This document shows positions 53,100 to 64,000 of a stretch of DNA of 64,000 bases, in pieces; positions within the stretch are counted from its first letter, which is position 1; each line of letters starts with the position of its first letter. The DNA is from Narcine bancroftii (taxonomy: Eukaryota), in contig NC_091472.1 in NCBI RefSeq assembly GCF_036971445.1, positions 181,164,001-181,228,000 of the forward strand, read 5' to 3'. The notes below the pieces were generated by a model. The model saw only the letters and a list, made by a program, of their open reading frames with translations, was not told where the DNA came from and ran no database searches. A program made the position numbers and the translations under genes.

Positions 53100-53983
53100 G
53101 CAGTCAGCCCAGAACCAGAAAAGTGAATTACTTGGATTCTATGAGAAAAGGGACTTGGATGCTTTCAGCACATTTGTGTGAAAAGACATTATGAACTTCA
53201 AATGCAGAAATGATGTCACATACCATGTGACATGAGATTTGCAATGGATGTATTATCAAATTCAGACATTTTGAATCGGTTTCAGAAAGCCAAGACCCTG
53301 TGTGGCACATACAGGAGTTGGAACCTTGTGAAAGACAGGCTAGAATTACAGTAACCAGAATAGATGCTGTTATTTATTACCTGTAATAAAAGGGGAATAC
53401 AGAAAATAAGTGGATTTCAAAATGAAAACCACTTTTCTGACTGCTCTTTTGAAAATAACGAGGGCAGCCTCATTGGGGAAGAAAATTCTGACTCCCAAGA
53501 AAACTGGAGAAGAAAATTTGATCCTCTAGAAAGACAGGGCTTGTATTATCCTATTCACACGAAATACAACACGTTGTTTTTTTTTAAATAAGCAAGACCA
53601 CTTCTCATTTGTGCCCAACAGGTGGTCACTCCTGTTTGAAGAATCTCTCTGAAAGATACCTGATCAAGATGGGCAAGTTTAAAAAGATCTGAAGATATGA
53701 TGTTTAAAAGGGCTTTAGAATTATTTCTGAACTGAAAATTTAAGACCTTCAAGCAAGACTAAAATGATGCTGAAGTTTTAAAAATGGACTTTTCAGAGCT
53801 TGGTACGTTAACACGCATACATTTACATTTGTGCATCATGGGGTTAAATTTACAGTTTAAGTTAGAGATAAGTAAGAAATGTCATGTTATTATAGTTTAA
53901 TAACTTATTTTGAATTTACCATTGTCTGGTGAATTTTCCATTACTGTTCATTTGTTAATGTAAAAGTCTTTCTAGTCCTTAAC
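53100..53983 (+). mobile_element. LTR fragment of the 691-1782 family
   Basis: AAAATGGACTTTTCAGA and TTTTGAATTTACCAT..AATTTTCCATT.CTGTTC match the reverse complement of 725-865; ends ..TTAACA. Confidence 0.72.
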
Positions 53984-56334
53984 AAAATTAAGAAGGTTGT
54001 TAGTTTGTGACACTGCTCCTTCCATTGGACTGGAGGAGTAGTTTCAAGCCAAGAGCAAGAACATCTTGTTGATTATTAAGGGCAGCCTCAGATTAAATGT
54101 GGCTCCACTTCAGCCACATAGACGTCTCATCAAAGTATATTGTGATCTGCAAATTTAGAAATTATAATAATAATTCTTATGTATAAATTGTTAAGATATA
54201 TATTTTGAACAATGCTAGTTCCAGGAAAAATCCTTGTACTGAGACCCCCCACATCCTATCTTCTGCCTCACTGAGAAGTTAACCTTTATCCAACCCTTGG
54301 CTGCATGTTCCATCTGTTCTATTACTTCTGCCTCACTCTTACCTTGATCATTTGTTCATCATTTGGTACTTTATCAAAGGCCCTGATGGAAATTGGATAG
54401 ATTACAATTTCTGAATTTATTACATGTCATTCAATAAGATTACAGTCATAGAATTGTACAGTAGATACAGGCCCTTCAATCTACCACATCCATATTGACT
54501 TTTTTTTTTAAAAACTCATCTATACTAATTCCATTGAACATTTAGCATTGCATTACTTCAGAGTTTATTCATGGCATTACACTGCACTCACTATAACTTT
54601 ATTTATTTCTCACTATGATCTGATAAAAGTTTGATGAATCATCTGTTATCTGGCAGAAACAGCTGGTCAAAATTATTGCTGTTCTGAGTATTACAAGAGG
54701 TACAATCGAATTGGGTCTGTTTCAAGAGGTTTAAACAAAGGTTAAAAAAGTGTGAACATCAACATTGAAAATAAAAATTAAAAAATCAGTCCTTGAAGGT
54801 TCCACCATATCTCGAGCAACTTAAAGGTCAGGGTTTCTGAGCTAATTACTCTGGATTAATGATAACATAGTTACTTTTGATACGGCGTCCCGAGCCTGTG
54901 CTTTTAATTAGTGGCAGAAAATACACGAGTATTGCACTGAACAGTTGTACACAGGAAGCCTTTAATTGACTCAAATTTCAGTGTAGTCATTAATTAGAAT
55001 GTTCCAAACCTGGAGAAACAGTTTAATATTCTTTTACTGAAAATAAATGTTAGTATCTTTTTCTTCCAAATGATGTAATCATTTCAATTAGAAAACCAAT
55101 ACATTTTAAAATAATCATTGATCCAACTGAAAATTATAAACTGACTGAAATCATACTTGAATGCAAACAATTAAAAGATATAGGATGTATTTGATGATCC
55201 TAGGGCAAACATCAGATTCAATTATACAAGATGAAAGAAGTAGCTGTCAAAACACATTAATGATTTTCAGCCTTTAAAAGTAATTATTAATCATGGAACA
55301 GATGAGTCTGCTTAGTCAAAGGAGCCAAATTGCAAGCTGCATTGCCTTTTGACCTCGTAATAAACACTTTGTACGCAGAACTAAACGGAACATAGTGTCC
55401 ACTGAAGGCCAACGCCGACTCTTATGTAATTAGGAATTGATGATTTAGGAGAAGGGAAATAATTTAAATGATCACAAGAACAGAATTGAAAGTCAAGATC
55501 TGTTAATGAAAATTAGGTTTGAAGAAGGAAGTTGATAAAATTAACCAATGCTTTAAAGGTATTAAAATGGATGAAATTATTTAATTTCCTTGTACGATTC
55601 CCTTTCAATCATGTTATTATACACACAGGCTGGAGTTTTCCCCATTCATCTATTGCGCAAATCTAATTGTTGAACCTGATTGACTGCTGTGATTGACTTA
55701 ACATCATCAAAACTGGAGGGACAGCGAAAGAAAGAAAGGAGATGGATGAAGTCTAAATGGGATGTTTTTTTTCTGATCCTGCCCTTCCTAGACCTCTCCA
55801 TGACATTTCATAATGACACGCGTTTAGCTGGTTCCAACAACAGTGGAAGAGGATCAAAGTTTGTAGTTTCACACTTGAAACTTAACCCAGTTGTGACTGT
55901 AATGCCATTGAAACAGCTTACCTATAGAAACAACATTAAATCAAAAATCCTAATAAGCATAGCCACACTTTAACTGTTGAAATTCAATTTAACCATCTGA
56001 AATATAATTCAGATGTACAATTTTGTAGCGTTAAAATTGTATCAAATATCCAGCACAGACACCAACTAAAGAAAGGGGTGGGAGCAAGTTATGCTTGATC
56101 AGATCAAGAAAGGTGAATGGTGATCGCTATTACATTGAACACAAGAACCCTCAAGTATAAATATACACAAATCTCCTGCATTTTTATCAGTTGCAATTAG
56201 AATATAAACAAATGCTTCAGCGTTTTTTGACAGTGAGACATTATGCAACAGTTCTCATCTTTTATTAATTAGAACATTTATCTTGGTAACTAGAATACAT
56301 TTTCTGCATTTTTGTAGATATACTTATGCTATCA

Positions 56335-56612
56335 CATCATCCCTTTTCCACTGGCACCTTGTCCCAATAATTAATGGGGAATTAACCAGTTAGGGGTCTA
56401 GTGGGAAAGGAAAACAATCAGCACACCAGCATCAAATGATGTCAAATCATCCCAGAGATTGGCACCTTCTACCCCTCCTCTCTTATCCCCAGCATCAGCA
56501 GATGGCGGCATGCTGATTAAACCCGTGGGAAGGGGACAACTCCCATCCATTCCATTCAAAGGTAGGCTCTCCAGTCCCCAGGGATGAGTTGTGTTCAGTG
56601 GAAAAACAGCGT
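56335..56612. mobile_element. Possible Harbinger-type MITE
   Basis: Inverted termini TTTTCCACTG / CAGTGGAAAA around a GC-richer interior. Confidence 0.4.
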
Positions 56613-56951
56613 CCGATGGAAGCAGCACAAATGGTTTCCTATCCCAGGATACTGCACAACCAATTAACTGGGATGCCAGTGATTCCTATAAAATTTCAAA
56701 TGCTTCCACAATGCACTGTGGGATTTATGGTCAAGTGATGGATCAAATTTTAATAAAAAGTGGAGGATAATTGTTCAGGGTTAGTCCTATGGTAACAGTT
56801 GATTGTACTTTCTTTCATCCACTTTTTTATGCAAACTATGCTTGGTTGCAAAGAAATTAAATCTTTTTTTTTAATTTCCTTGTGGTGGAAGAAAACTATA
56901 AATGGGGTTATGGTGAAGAATTAAAGGCCAAGTATAGTTGATGGTGTAAAT

Positions 56952-57312
56952 CAGAGGTTCTCAACCCTTTTTCTTTCCACTCACATAGGTATTCCCTATG
57001 CCGTAGGTGTTCTATGATCAGTAAGGAATTGCTTAAGGAGGTATGTGGGTGGAAAGAAAAAGTTCGGAAAACCACTGTTTTAATTGTACCTAATTGATTC
57101 GTGATGTGCACAGTTTCATAACTCCAAAAGAAATGGGCCAATAACAATTTTTCTCAAGCAAAATATTTCAGTAACATTTGGGTCTAGAGCAGTGGTTCTC
57201 AATCTTCCCTTCCCACCACATACCACTTTAAGCAATCCATTACAAATCACAGATGGCATAGGGACTACTTAAAGTGGTACGTGAGTGGAAAGAAAAAGGT
57301 TGAGAACCACTG
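56952..57312 (-). mobile_element. Composite hAT MITE copy, opposite orientation
   Basis: Unit 56952-57077, reverse spacer ending GTCTAGAG, unit 57190-57312. Confidence 0.9.
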
Positions 57313-58211
57313 GAATGGTCTATACTAAAGATGCAGTGCTGGATTGAAAATAAATTTAAACTCCAAGTAGGGAATGAATGAAATGACCTTGCAAGTGTTG
57401 TAAAAATGTGAAAGATGCAAGATTGTGTGAAATGTTGTGATTTGTTTATAGTGATTGGTTTTAATACTTTGCTGCATTAGATATGCTGCAATATTGATAG
57501 GAATTAGGGAACTGCAGAGTTTGAAAGTGAAGATATTTTAAGACTGTAAATGTCAATAAGAAAGAAAAGTGATACTGGGTAAACATTAAGATAATGTAGA
57601 AGTAAAAAGTGTAGGATGAAATATAGATGAGGCATATGGAAACAAACTAAAGACAATTATCATCTGGCTGAGTAAAATAAACTGAGGTTACCAGTAATTT
57701 AGCTTTTTGTTAAATTGTACAAGTATATTTTCACTTAACAAAATATTTTGAAAATTCCTTCAGGAATGTTAATAATGGATATCTGTACAAATCTAAAAAT
57801 TGATTTGCAATTGTATATCATTTTATTAAAAATAATGTTTTGTACCTGTCTAAAGGATGCAAAGCTATTCCCTATAACAACAGCATTATTCTGTGCAAAA
57901 CCCCCATATTAACCTGGGGTAATCTCTTCTATCTGCACGAGTTATTTTGAGTGGATCAAGTGGCTATCAAACCACCACTCCAAATAATTCCAGTAGAAAA
58001 GGTCCATTCTTCTATTTTTCCCCCCTTGATACTTGATATACATCCGACAGGATCATCACACATCATGGCTCCAGTGCAGGTTGTTCTCAATTGTACCATT
58101 GCATTTACACTTAATAACATCCATGCTCAAACCTAGATTTCTGCCCAGCAGAGGTCAATGACTATGTTCATAGTCCAACTTGTGCATTTGTTTACAAATT
58201 GGACCCAGTGG

Positions 58212-59445
58212 CTTGCAGGCGCCTCAGATTGAAGAGACTGCCATCCGTGCGGTACCAGATGTAAACAGCATCTTCATTGTTGGGGTCTTTCATGGCTTGG
58301 TTCAGCATCATGCTGAAGAAGATTGAAAAGAGGGTTGGTGCGAGAACACAGCCTTGCTTCACGCCATTGTTAATGGAGAAGGGTTCAGAGAGCTCATTGC
58401 TGTATCTGACCCGACCTTGTTGGTCACACCAAGACACAAGAGAAACTTGTCCATGAACTACTCTTTGCAGACGATGCCGCTTTAGTTGCCCATTCAGAGC
58501 CAGCTCTTCAGCACTTGACGTCCTGCTTTGCGGAAACTGCCAAAATGTTTGGCCTGGAAGTCAGCCTGAAGAAAACTGAGGTCCTCCATCAGCCAGCTCC
58601 CCACCATGACTACCAGCCCTCCCACATCTCCATCAGGCACACAAAACTCAAAACGGTCAACCAGTTTACCTATCTCGGCTGCACCATTTCATCAGATGCA
58701 AGGATCGACAATGAGATAGACAACAGACTCGCCAAGGCAAATAGCGCCTTTGGAAGACTACACAAAAGAGTCTGGAAAAACAACCAACTGAAAAACCTCA
58801 CAAAGATAAGCGTATACAGAGCCGTTGTCATACACACACTCCTGTTCGGCTCCGAATCATGGGTCCTCTACCAGCATCACCTACGGCTCCTAGAACGCTT
58901 CCACCAGCGTTGTCTCCGCTCCATCCTCAACATCCATTGGAGCGCTTTCATCCCTAACGTCGAAGTACTCGAGATGGCAGAGGTCGACAGCATCGAGTCC
59001 ACGCTGCTGAAGATCCAGCTGCGCTGGGTGGGTCACGTCTCCAGAATGGAGGACCATCGCCTTCCCAAGATCATGTTATATGGCGAGCTCTCCACTGGCC
59101 ACCGTGACAGAGGTGCACCAAAGAAAAGGTACAAGGACTGCCTAAAGAAATCTCTTGGTGCCTGCGACATTGACCACCGCCAGTGGGCTGATATCGCCTC
59201 AAACCGTGCATCTTGGCGCCTCACAGTTTGGCGGGCAGCAACCTCCTTTGAAGAAGACCACAGAGCCCACCTCACTGACAAAAGGCAAAGGAGGAAAAAC
59301 CCAACCCCAACCAACCAATTTTCCCCTGCAGCCGCTGCAACCGTGTCTGCCTCTCCCGCATCGGACTTGTCAGCCACAAACGAGCCTGCAGCTGACGTGG
59401 ACTTTTACCCCCTCCATAAATCTTCATCCGCGAAGCCAAGCCAAA
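58212..59445 (+). mobile_element. RTE/BovB-like LINE, 5'-truncated with inverted 5' segment (58212-58424 on minus), 11-bp TSD GGACCCAGTGG
   Basis: GVKQGCVLAPTLF (minus) continues into HTKTQEKLVHELLFADDA..FTYLGC..LRWVGHVSRM (plus); TSD at 58201-58211 and 59446-59456. Confidence 0.95.
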
Positions 59446-60461
59446 GGACCCAGTGGATGAGCTCCACTGTGAACATTAACAGCTGATGTAAATTATTCCA
59501 CCTTTGAAAACTTTAAATATTTGGTTATTATCTTGAATAAGTGAAATAGTTACATTATATAGGATTTCAATGTCTACTTAATTCCAACAGTTGCCTGACT
59601 CCAAATTATATTCAACACATGATTCATTAGGACTGATTTCACTGACAAAATAAAAGTTGCTCTTGGTTCTTCATCAACTGTTCATAAGAAAAGGATTCCT
59701 TTTTGCAAAATTACTTTTCAAACTCTTTGCTCTTTCTACACATGTTACATACTTAATCAAAAACAGTATGCAGCTTTCTTTTGTGGAACCCTTGGTTATA
59801 CTGACAGTTACAATTCACACACATCCTGAGTTGCTTCTTCACCATCTTCCAGCTTTTGTTTTCCTATTAAAGCTAGAAATTTCTTTGGATTTGTGCATTG
59901 CACTCAAATTCTGTCCTCCACGTGTGAAAAATATCAAAGAATATTTTGATTTCAGGAAGAATAATTTTCTCAAACCCTCGTGTTTGCAATTCCAAGTCAA
60001 AGTGGGTCTCTGAATATTTCTTCCAGGGCTACCGCATAAAATTAACAACCTTCAGGGAGTTTTTGATTGATCAAATGAATATTTCTTCATGCTTGCCACA
60101 ATTCAGAAAAATTTCCTCACTTAAGCCCATGATCTCTAGGTGGAAGGAATGTCATGGACACCCGCTGCTATCACAGTAAGAAGTGTTGTTATCCAAAAGC
60201 ATTCCATTGTTTCCTTTCCTGCTCCATCACTACAACACAATTCTGCCAAACCAATTCAAATGCCCTTTTATGCTACTTTTCCAGGGTGGTTCAAATACTG
60301 ACAGGGTGAAAGAGCATTTCTCAAAGCTGCCATGCATGTTTTTTTTAGTAACTTTCAACCAACATGACCATCCCCAAAACAAAGTGCAAGTTGCTTTAAA
60401 CAGTCAAAACCTCCAGCACTTTGTGATTCCATCTTAATAGTGAGTGAACCAATGAAAAGGA

Positions 60462-60676
60462 AAGGTTCCATTATTGTCATATAATACATTTTAGAATGTA
60501 AACATATATGAAATTCTTTAACTTTTGTCTACTGTAAGGCAGACAGTCTCTACTTTGTCCAGTGCCCTCACAGAAACCTAGTGTTCCTAGGCGGTCTCCC
60601 CTCCAAGTACTGACCAGTCCTGGAGTCTGCAGAGCTTCGAAGATCAGACAATCCCAGGCATATTCAGGCTATAATG
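60462..60676 (-). mobile_element. 5S rRNA-derived head (60567-60676) joined to a Rex/Babar-like tail: candidate SINE3-type element
   Basis: Minus strand CCTGAATATGCC..GTCTGATCTTCGAAGCT..CTGGTCAGTACTTGGAGGGGAGACCGCCTAGGAACAC aligns with vertebrate 5S rRNA; tail ..CTGTCTGCCTTACAG..GAATTTCA..TGACAATAA resembles 8000-8070. Confidence 0.75.
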
Positions 60677-60689
60677 TTTGTCACAATGA

Positions 60690-61170
60690 GAGAAATCAGC
60701 TTTATCTCAAATCTAAACAGAAGCTGTTTTTGTAACACTGGGTGTTCATCTTCAGGCACCTGTACCTCTTTCCTGATGGTAGCAGTGAGATGAAGGCATG
60801 GCCTGGATGGTAAGGATAGAGGCTGCTTTCTTGAGATACCACCTCTTGTGGATTTAATGGACATCTATAAGAGGCTGGTACTGGCCAAGTTCACAACTCT
60901 CTGGAGGCCTTTCCTGTCATGTTCATTGGTACCACCGTACCAGACAGTGATACAACCAGTCAGAATGCTCTTCACGGTACACCTGTAAAAACATGCAAGA
61001 GTCCTTGATTGCATACCAAAACTCCCCATGGTATAACCATAGGTGAGCCTTCTTCAGGATTCCACTGACATGGAGGTCCCAGTAGACATTCAGAAATGTT
61101 GACAGCAAGGAATTTGAATTTCTTAACCCTTTCCACTGCTGACCCCTCAATGATCACTAATGTGTTCTTC
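60690..61170 (-). mobile_element. Rex1/Babar fragment
   Basis: IIEGSAVERVKKFKFLAV; SILTGCITVWYG-like sequence. Confidence 0.8.
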
Positions 61171-61184
61171 TGATTTTACAAAAA

Positions 61185-64000
61185 TCACAAGATAAAGGAA
61201 CAGAAGCAGGCCCATTTGGCCTGTCATTCTATCCATCTGATCCATCCACCCACCCTCTCTGCCCCGTAACACATGATGGCTGGACTAATCAAATACCTGT
61301 CAATCTCTACCTTAAATATGCTAAACAACCTTGCTTCCACTGCTGCATGTGGTAACAAGTTCCATAGACATGATCCTCTGATTAAAGAAATTTTTTCTGC
61401 ATCAATTTAGATGCTCTTTTATCCTGAATTTATGTCCTCTTGTTCTACAATCCCTTACCACGGGAAACATCCTTACCACGGGAAACATCCTTACCACGGG
61501 AAACATCCTTACCACGGGAAACATCCTTACCACGGGAAACATCCTTACCACGGGAAACATCCTTACCACGGGAAACATCCTTACCACGGGAAACATCCTT
61601 ACCACGGGAAACATCCTTACCACGGGAAACATCCTTACCACGGGAAACATCCTTACCACGGGAAACATCCTTACCACGGGAAACATCCTTACCACGGGAA
61701 ACATCCTTACCACGGGAAACATCCTTACCACGGGAAACATCCTTACCACGGGAAACATCCTTACCACGGGAAACATCCTTACCACGGGAAACATCCTTAC
61801 CACGGGAAACATCCTTACCACGGGAAACATCCTTACCACGGGAAACATCCTTACCACGGGAAACATCCTTACCACGGGAAACATCCTTACCACGGGAAAC
61901 ATCCTTACCACGGGAAACATCCTTACCACGGGAAACATCCTTACCACGGGAAACATCCTTACCACGGGAAACATCCTTACCACGGGAAACATCCTTACCA
62001 CGGGAAACATCCTTACCACGGGAAACATCCTTACCACGGGAAACATCCTTACCACGGGAAACATCCTTACCACGGGAAACATCCTTACCACGGGAAACAT
62101 CCTTACCACGGGAAACATCCTTACCACGGGAAACATCCTTACCACGGGAAACATCCTTACCACGGGAAACATCCTTACCACGGGAAACATCCTTACCACG
62201 GGAAACATCCTTACCACGGGAAACATCCTTACCACGGGAAACATCCTTACCACGGGAAACATCCTTACCACGGGAAACATCCTTACCACGGGAAACATCC
62301 TTACCACGGGAAACATCCTTACCACGGGAAACATCCTTACCACGGGAAACATCCTTACCACGGGAAACATCCTTACCACGGGAAACATCCTTACCACGGG
62401 AAACATCCTTACCACGGGAAACATCCTTACCACGGGAAACATCCTTACCACATCTACTCTGTCCAGGCCTTTCAGCATTCAAAATGTCTATGCAGTTCCC
62501 CCGTCATTCTTCTGTACTCCAACGTCCAAGAGCTGACAACTGTTCATCATATACTAATCTTTTCATTCCTGGTGTCATTCTAGTAAATCTTCTCTAAACC
62601 GTCACAATGCCAACACATCTTTTTTTCAAATATGTCACCCAAAACTGTACACAGTGCTCTAAGTGAAGTACTTCCAGAGCTTTATAGAGTCTCAACATTA
62701 CATCCATGTTATTGTATGCTATCCCTCTAGAAATGAATGGCATCATTGCATTTTCCATCTTCACCACCAACTCAACCTGGAGGTTAATCTTTAGGGTATC
62801 CGGCTCAAAGACTCCCAAGTCCCTTTGCATCTCAGAATTTTGCCCCCATCTAAATAATAGTCTGCCCATCTATTTCTTCTATCAAAGTGCATGACTGTAC
62901 ACTTTCCAACATTGTATTTCATGTCACTCCTTTACCCATTCTCCTAATCTATCCAAGTCTCTCTGCAGCCTTTCATCATCCTCTGCATCACCTACCCCAC
63001 CATCTATGGTATCATCTGCAAATTTAGACACAAAGCCATCTATTCCATAATCCAAATCATTATATACAACAGAAAAAGAAGTGGCCCCAACACTGAACTG
63101 TTCAGAACACCACTGGTAACTGGTAACCAATCAGAATAGGATCCCTTTACTCCAACTTCTGCTTCCTGCTGACAAGCCAATGTTCTAGCCATGCGAGTAT
63201 CCTTCCTATAATTCAATGGACTCTCATCTTGGTTAGCAGACTTGTGTGACACCTTGTTGAAGGCCTTTTGAAAGTCCAAATACACAACATTCACTGAATC
63301 TCTTGACTATCCTACTGTGATGTCTTTTTAAAAAACAATACCTGACAACCTATTGCCATATCTTTTCATGCACCTCCAGGTATTCCATAACCTCATCTTG
63401 ACAATTATCTCCAACAGCTTCCCAACCACTGACGACAGCGCTGCCTCGCTGCCTTCTTAAACAGTGGAGTGAAAATTGTGATCCTCCAGTCCAACTGGAA
63501 CAATGCCAGACTCCACTGATTCATGGAAGATCATTCCCAATGCCTCCACAATCTCTACAGCAACCACCTTCAAAACCCGAGGGTGCATTCCATCGGTCCA
63601 GGAGACTTGTCTATCCTTAGATCATTTAGCTTCCCAAGTACCTTCTCTCATGATCTTGACTGCACTCACTTCCCTTCTGAGAGAGCCCGGTAAGTTACAG
63701 TTGTCTCCACAGTGAAGACTGATCCAAAATATTCAATTCCTCTGCCATCTCCTTGTCTCCCATTACAATTTCTCCAGCATCACTTTCTATCAGTCCGATG
63801 TCTACTTTGGCCTCCCTTTTACTCTATGTATTTTTAAAAAAGTTTCTAAGCATCCTCTTACATATTGCCTGCTAATATCCTTTTGTAATTCATCTTTTCC
63901 TTCCTAATCAACTTCTTATATGTCTTCTAAGTTTTTAAAAAGTTTCCCCATCCTCTATCTTCCCACTTATTTTTGTTTCCTTGTTTTCCGTCTCTTTTGC
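61185..64000 (-). mobile_element. Degenerate CR1 LINE ORF2 and 3' end (continues off the window)
   Basis: VVYLDFQKAFNKVSH, VTSGV..SVLGPLLF, SKFADDT, LQRDLDRL, LEHCVQFW, LKGLDRVDV..RTRGHKF. Confidence 0.92.
61453..62451. repeat. Perfect 18-bp minisatellite (CCTTACCACGGGAAACAT) x ~55.5
   Basis: Direct reading; no unit variation seen; unit is CR1 ORF2 'VRMFPV' coding sequence. Confidence 0.98.

Noticed and set aside
58515-59486. Intact 323-aa host gene
   Set aside because: It is the RTE RT C-terminus with a terminal frameshift, truncated by the 5' inversion.
60567-60676. Functional 5S rRNA gene
   Set aside because: The 5' end is decayed, it has many substitutions, and it lacks an oligo-T terminator and array context; it runs into a retroelement tail.
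61402-62597. Four long ORFs (345-390 aa) as a repeat-protein gene, or the array as CRISPR/telomeric repeat
   Set aside because: The ORFs arise from a stop-free 18-bp unit within CR1; there are no spacers, no cas genes and no TTAGGG.
1-64000. Prokaryotic-type systems (operons, defence islands, CRISPR)
   Set aside because: Low coding density and vertebrate LINE/SINE/LTR content show this is eukaryotic intergenic or intronic DNA.

Overview
Eukaryotic, AT-rich, repeat-dominated non-coding DNA. The repeat mix (CR1, Rex1/Babar, fish-type L1, RTE/BovB-like, V-SINE/HE1-like SINEs, Penelope-type tails, Gypsy LTRs, hAT MITEs) suggests a cartilaginous fish (shark or ray); this is an inference. I found no recognisable host protein-coding exon. 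Every interpretable ORF is a decayed transposon ORF or a by-product of a tandem repeat. Most notable points: (1) a composite hAT MITE made of two inverted ~130-bp mini-MITEs around a fixed ~110-bp spacer, present in 4 full copies and 1 partial copy, with the monomer also present alone; (2) an RTE LINE with a precise twin-priming-type 5' inversion and an 11-bp TSD; (3) a perfect 18-bp x ~55 in-frame array inside an old CR1 ORF2; (4) a candidate SINE with a 5S rRNA head and a Rex/Babar-type tail; (5) a very decayed segment with retrovirus-like pol domain spacing at ~8.1-10 kb; (6) a duplicated 58-bp motif-dense element near CNE-like unique sequence. All family calls are by eye; no database search was run.
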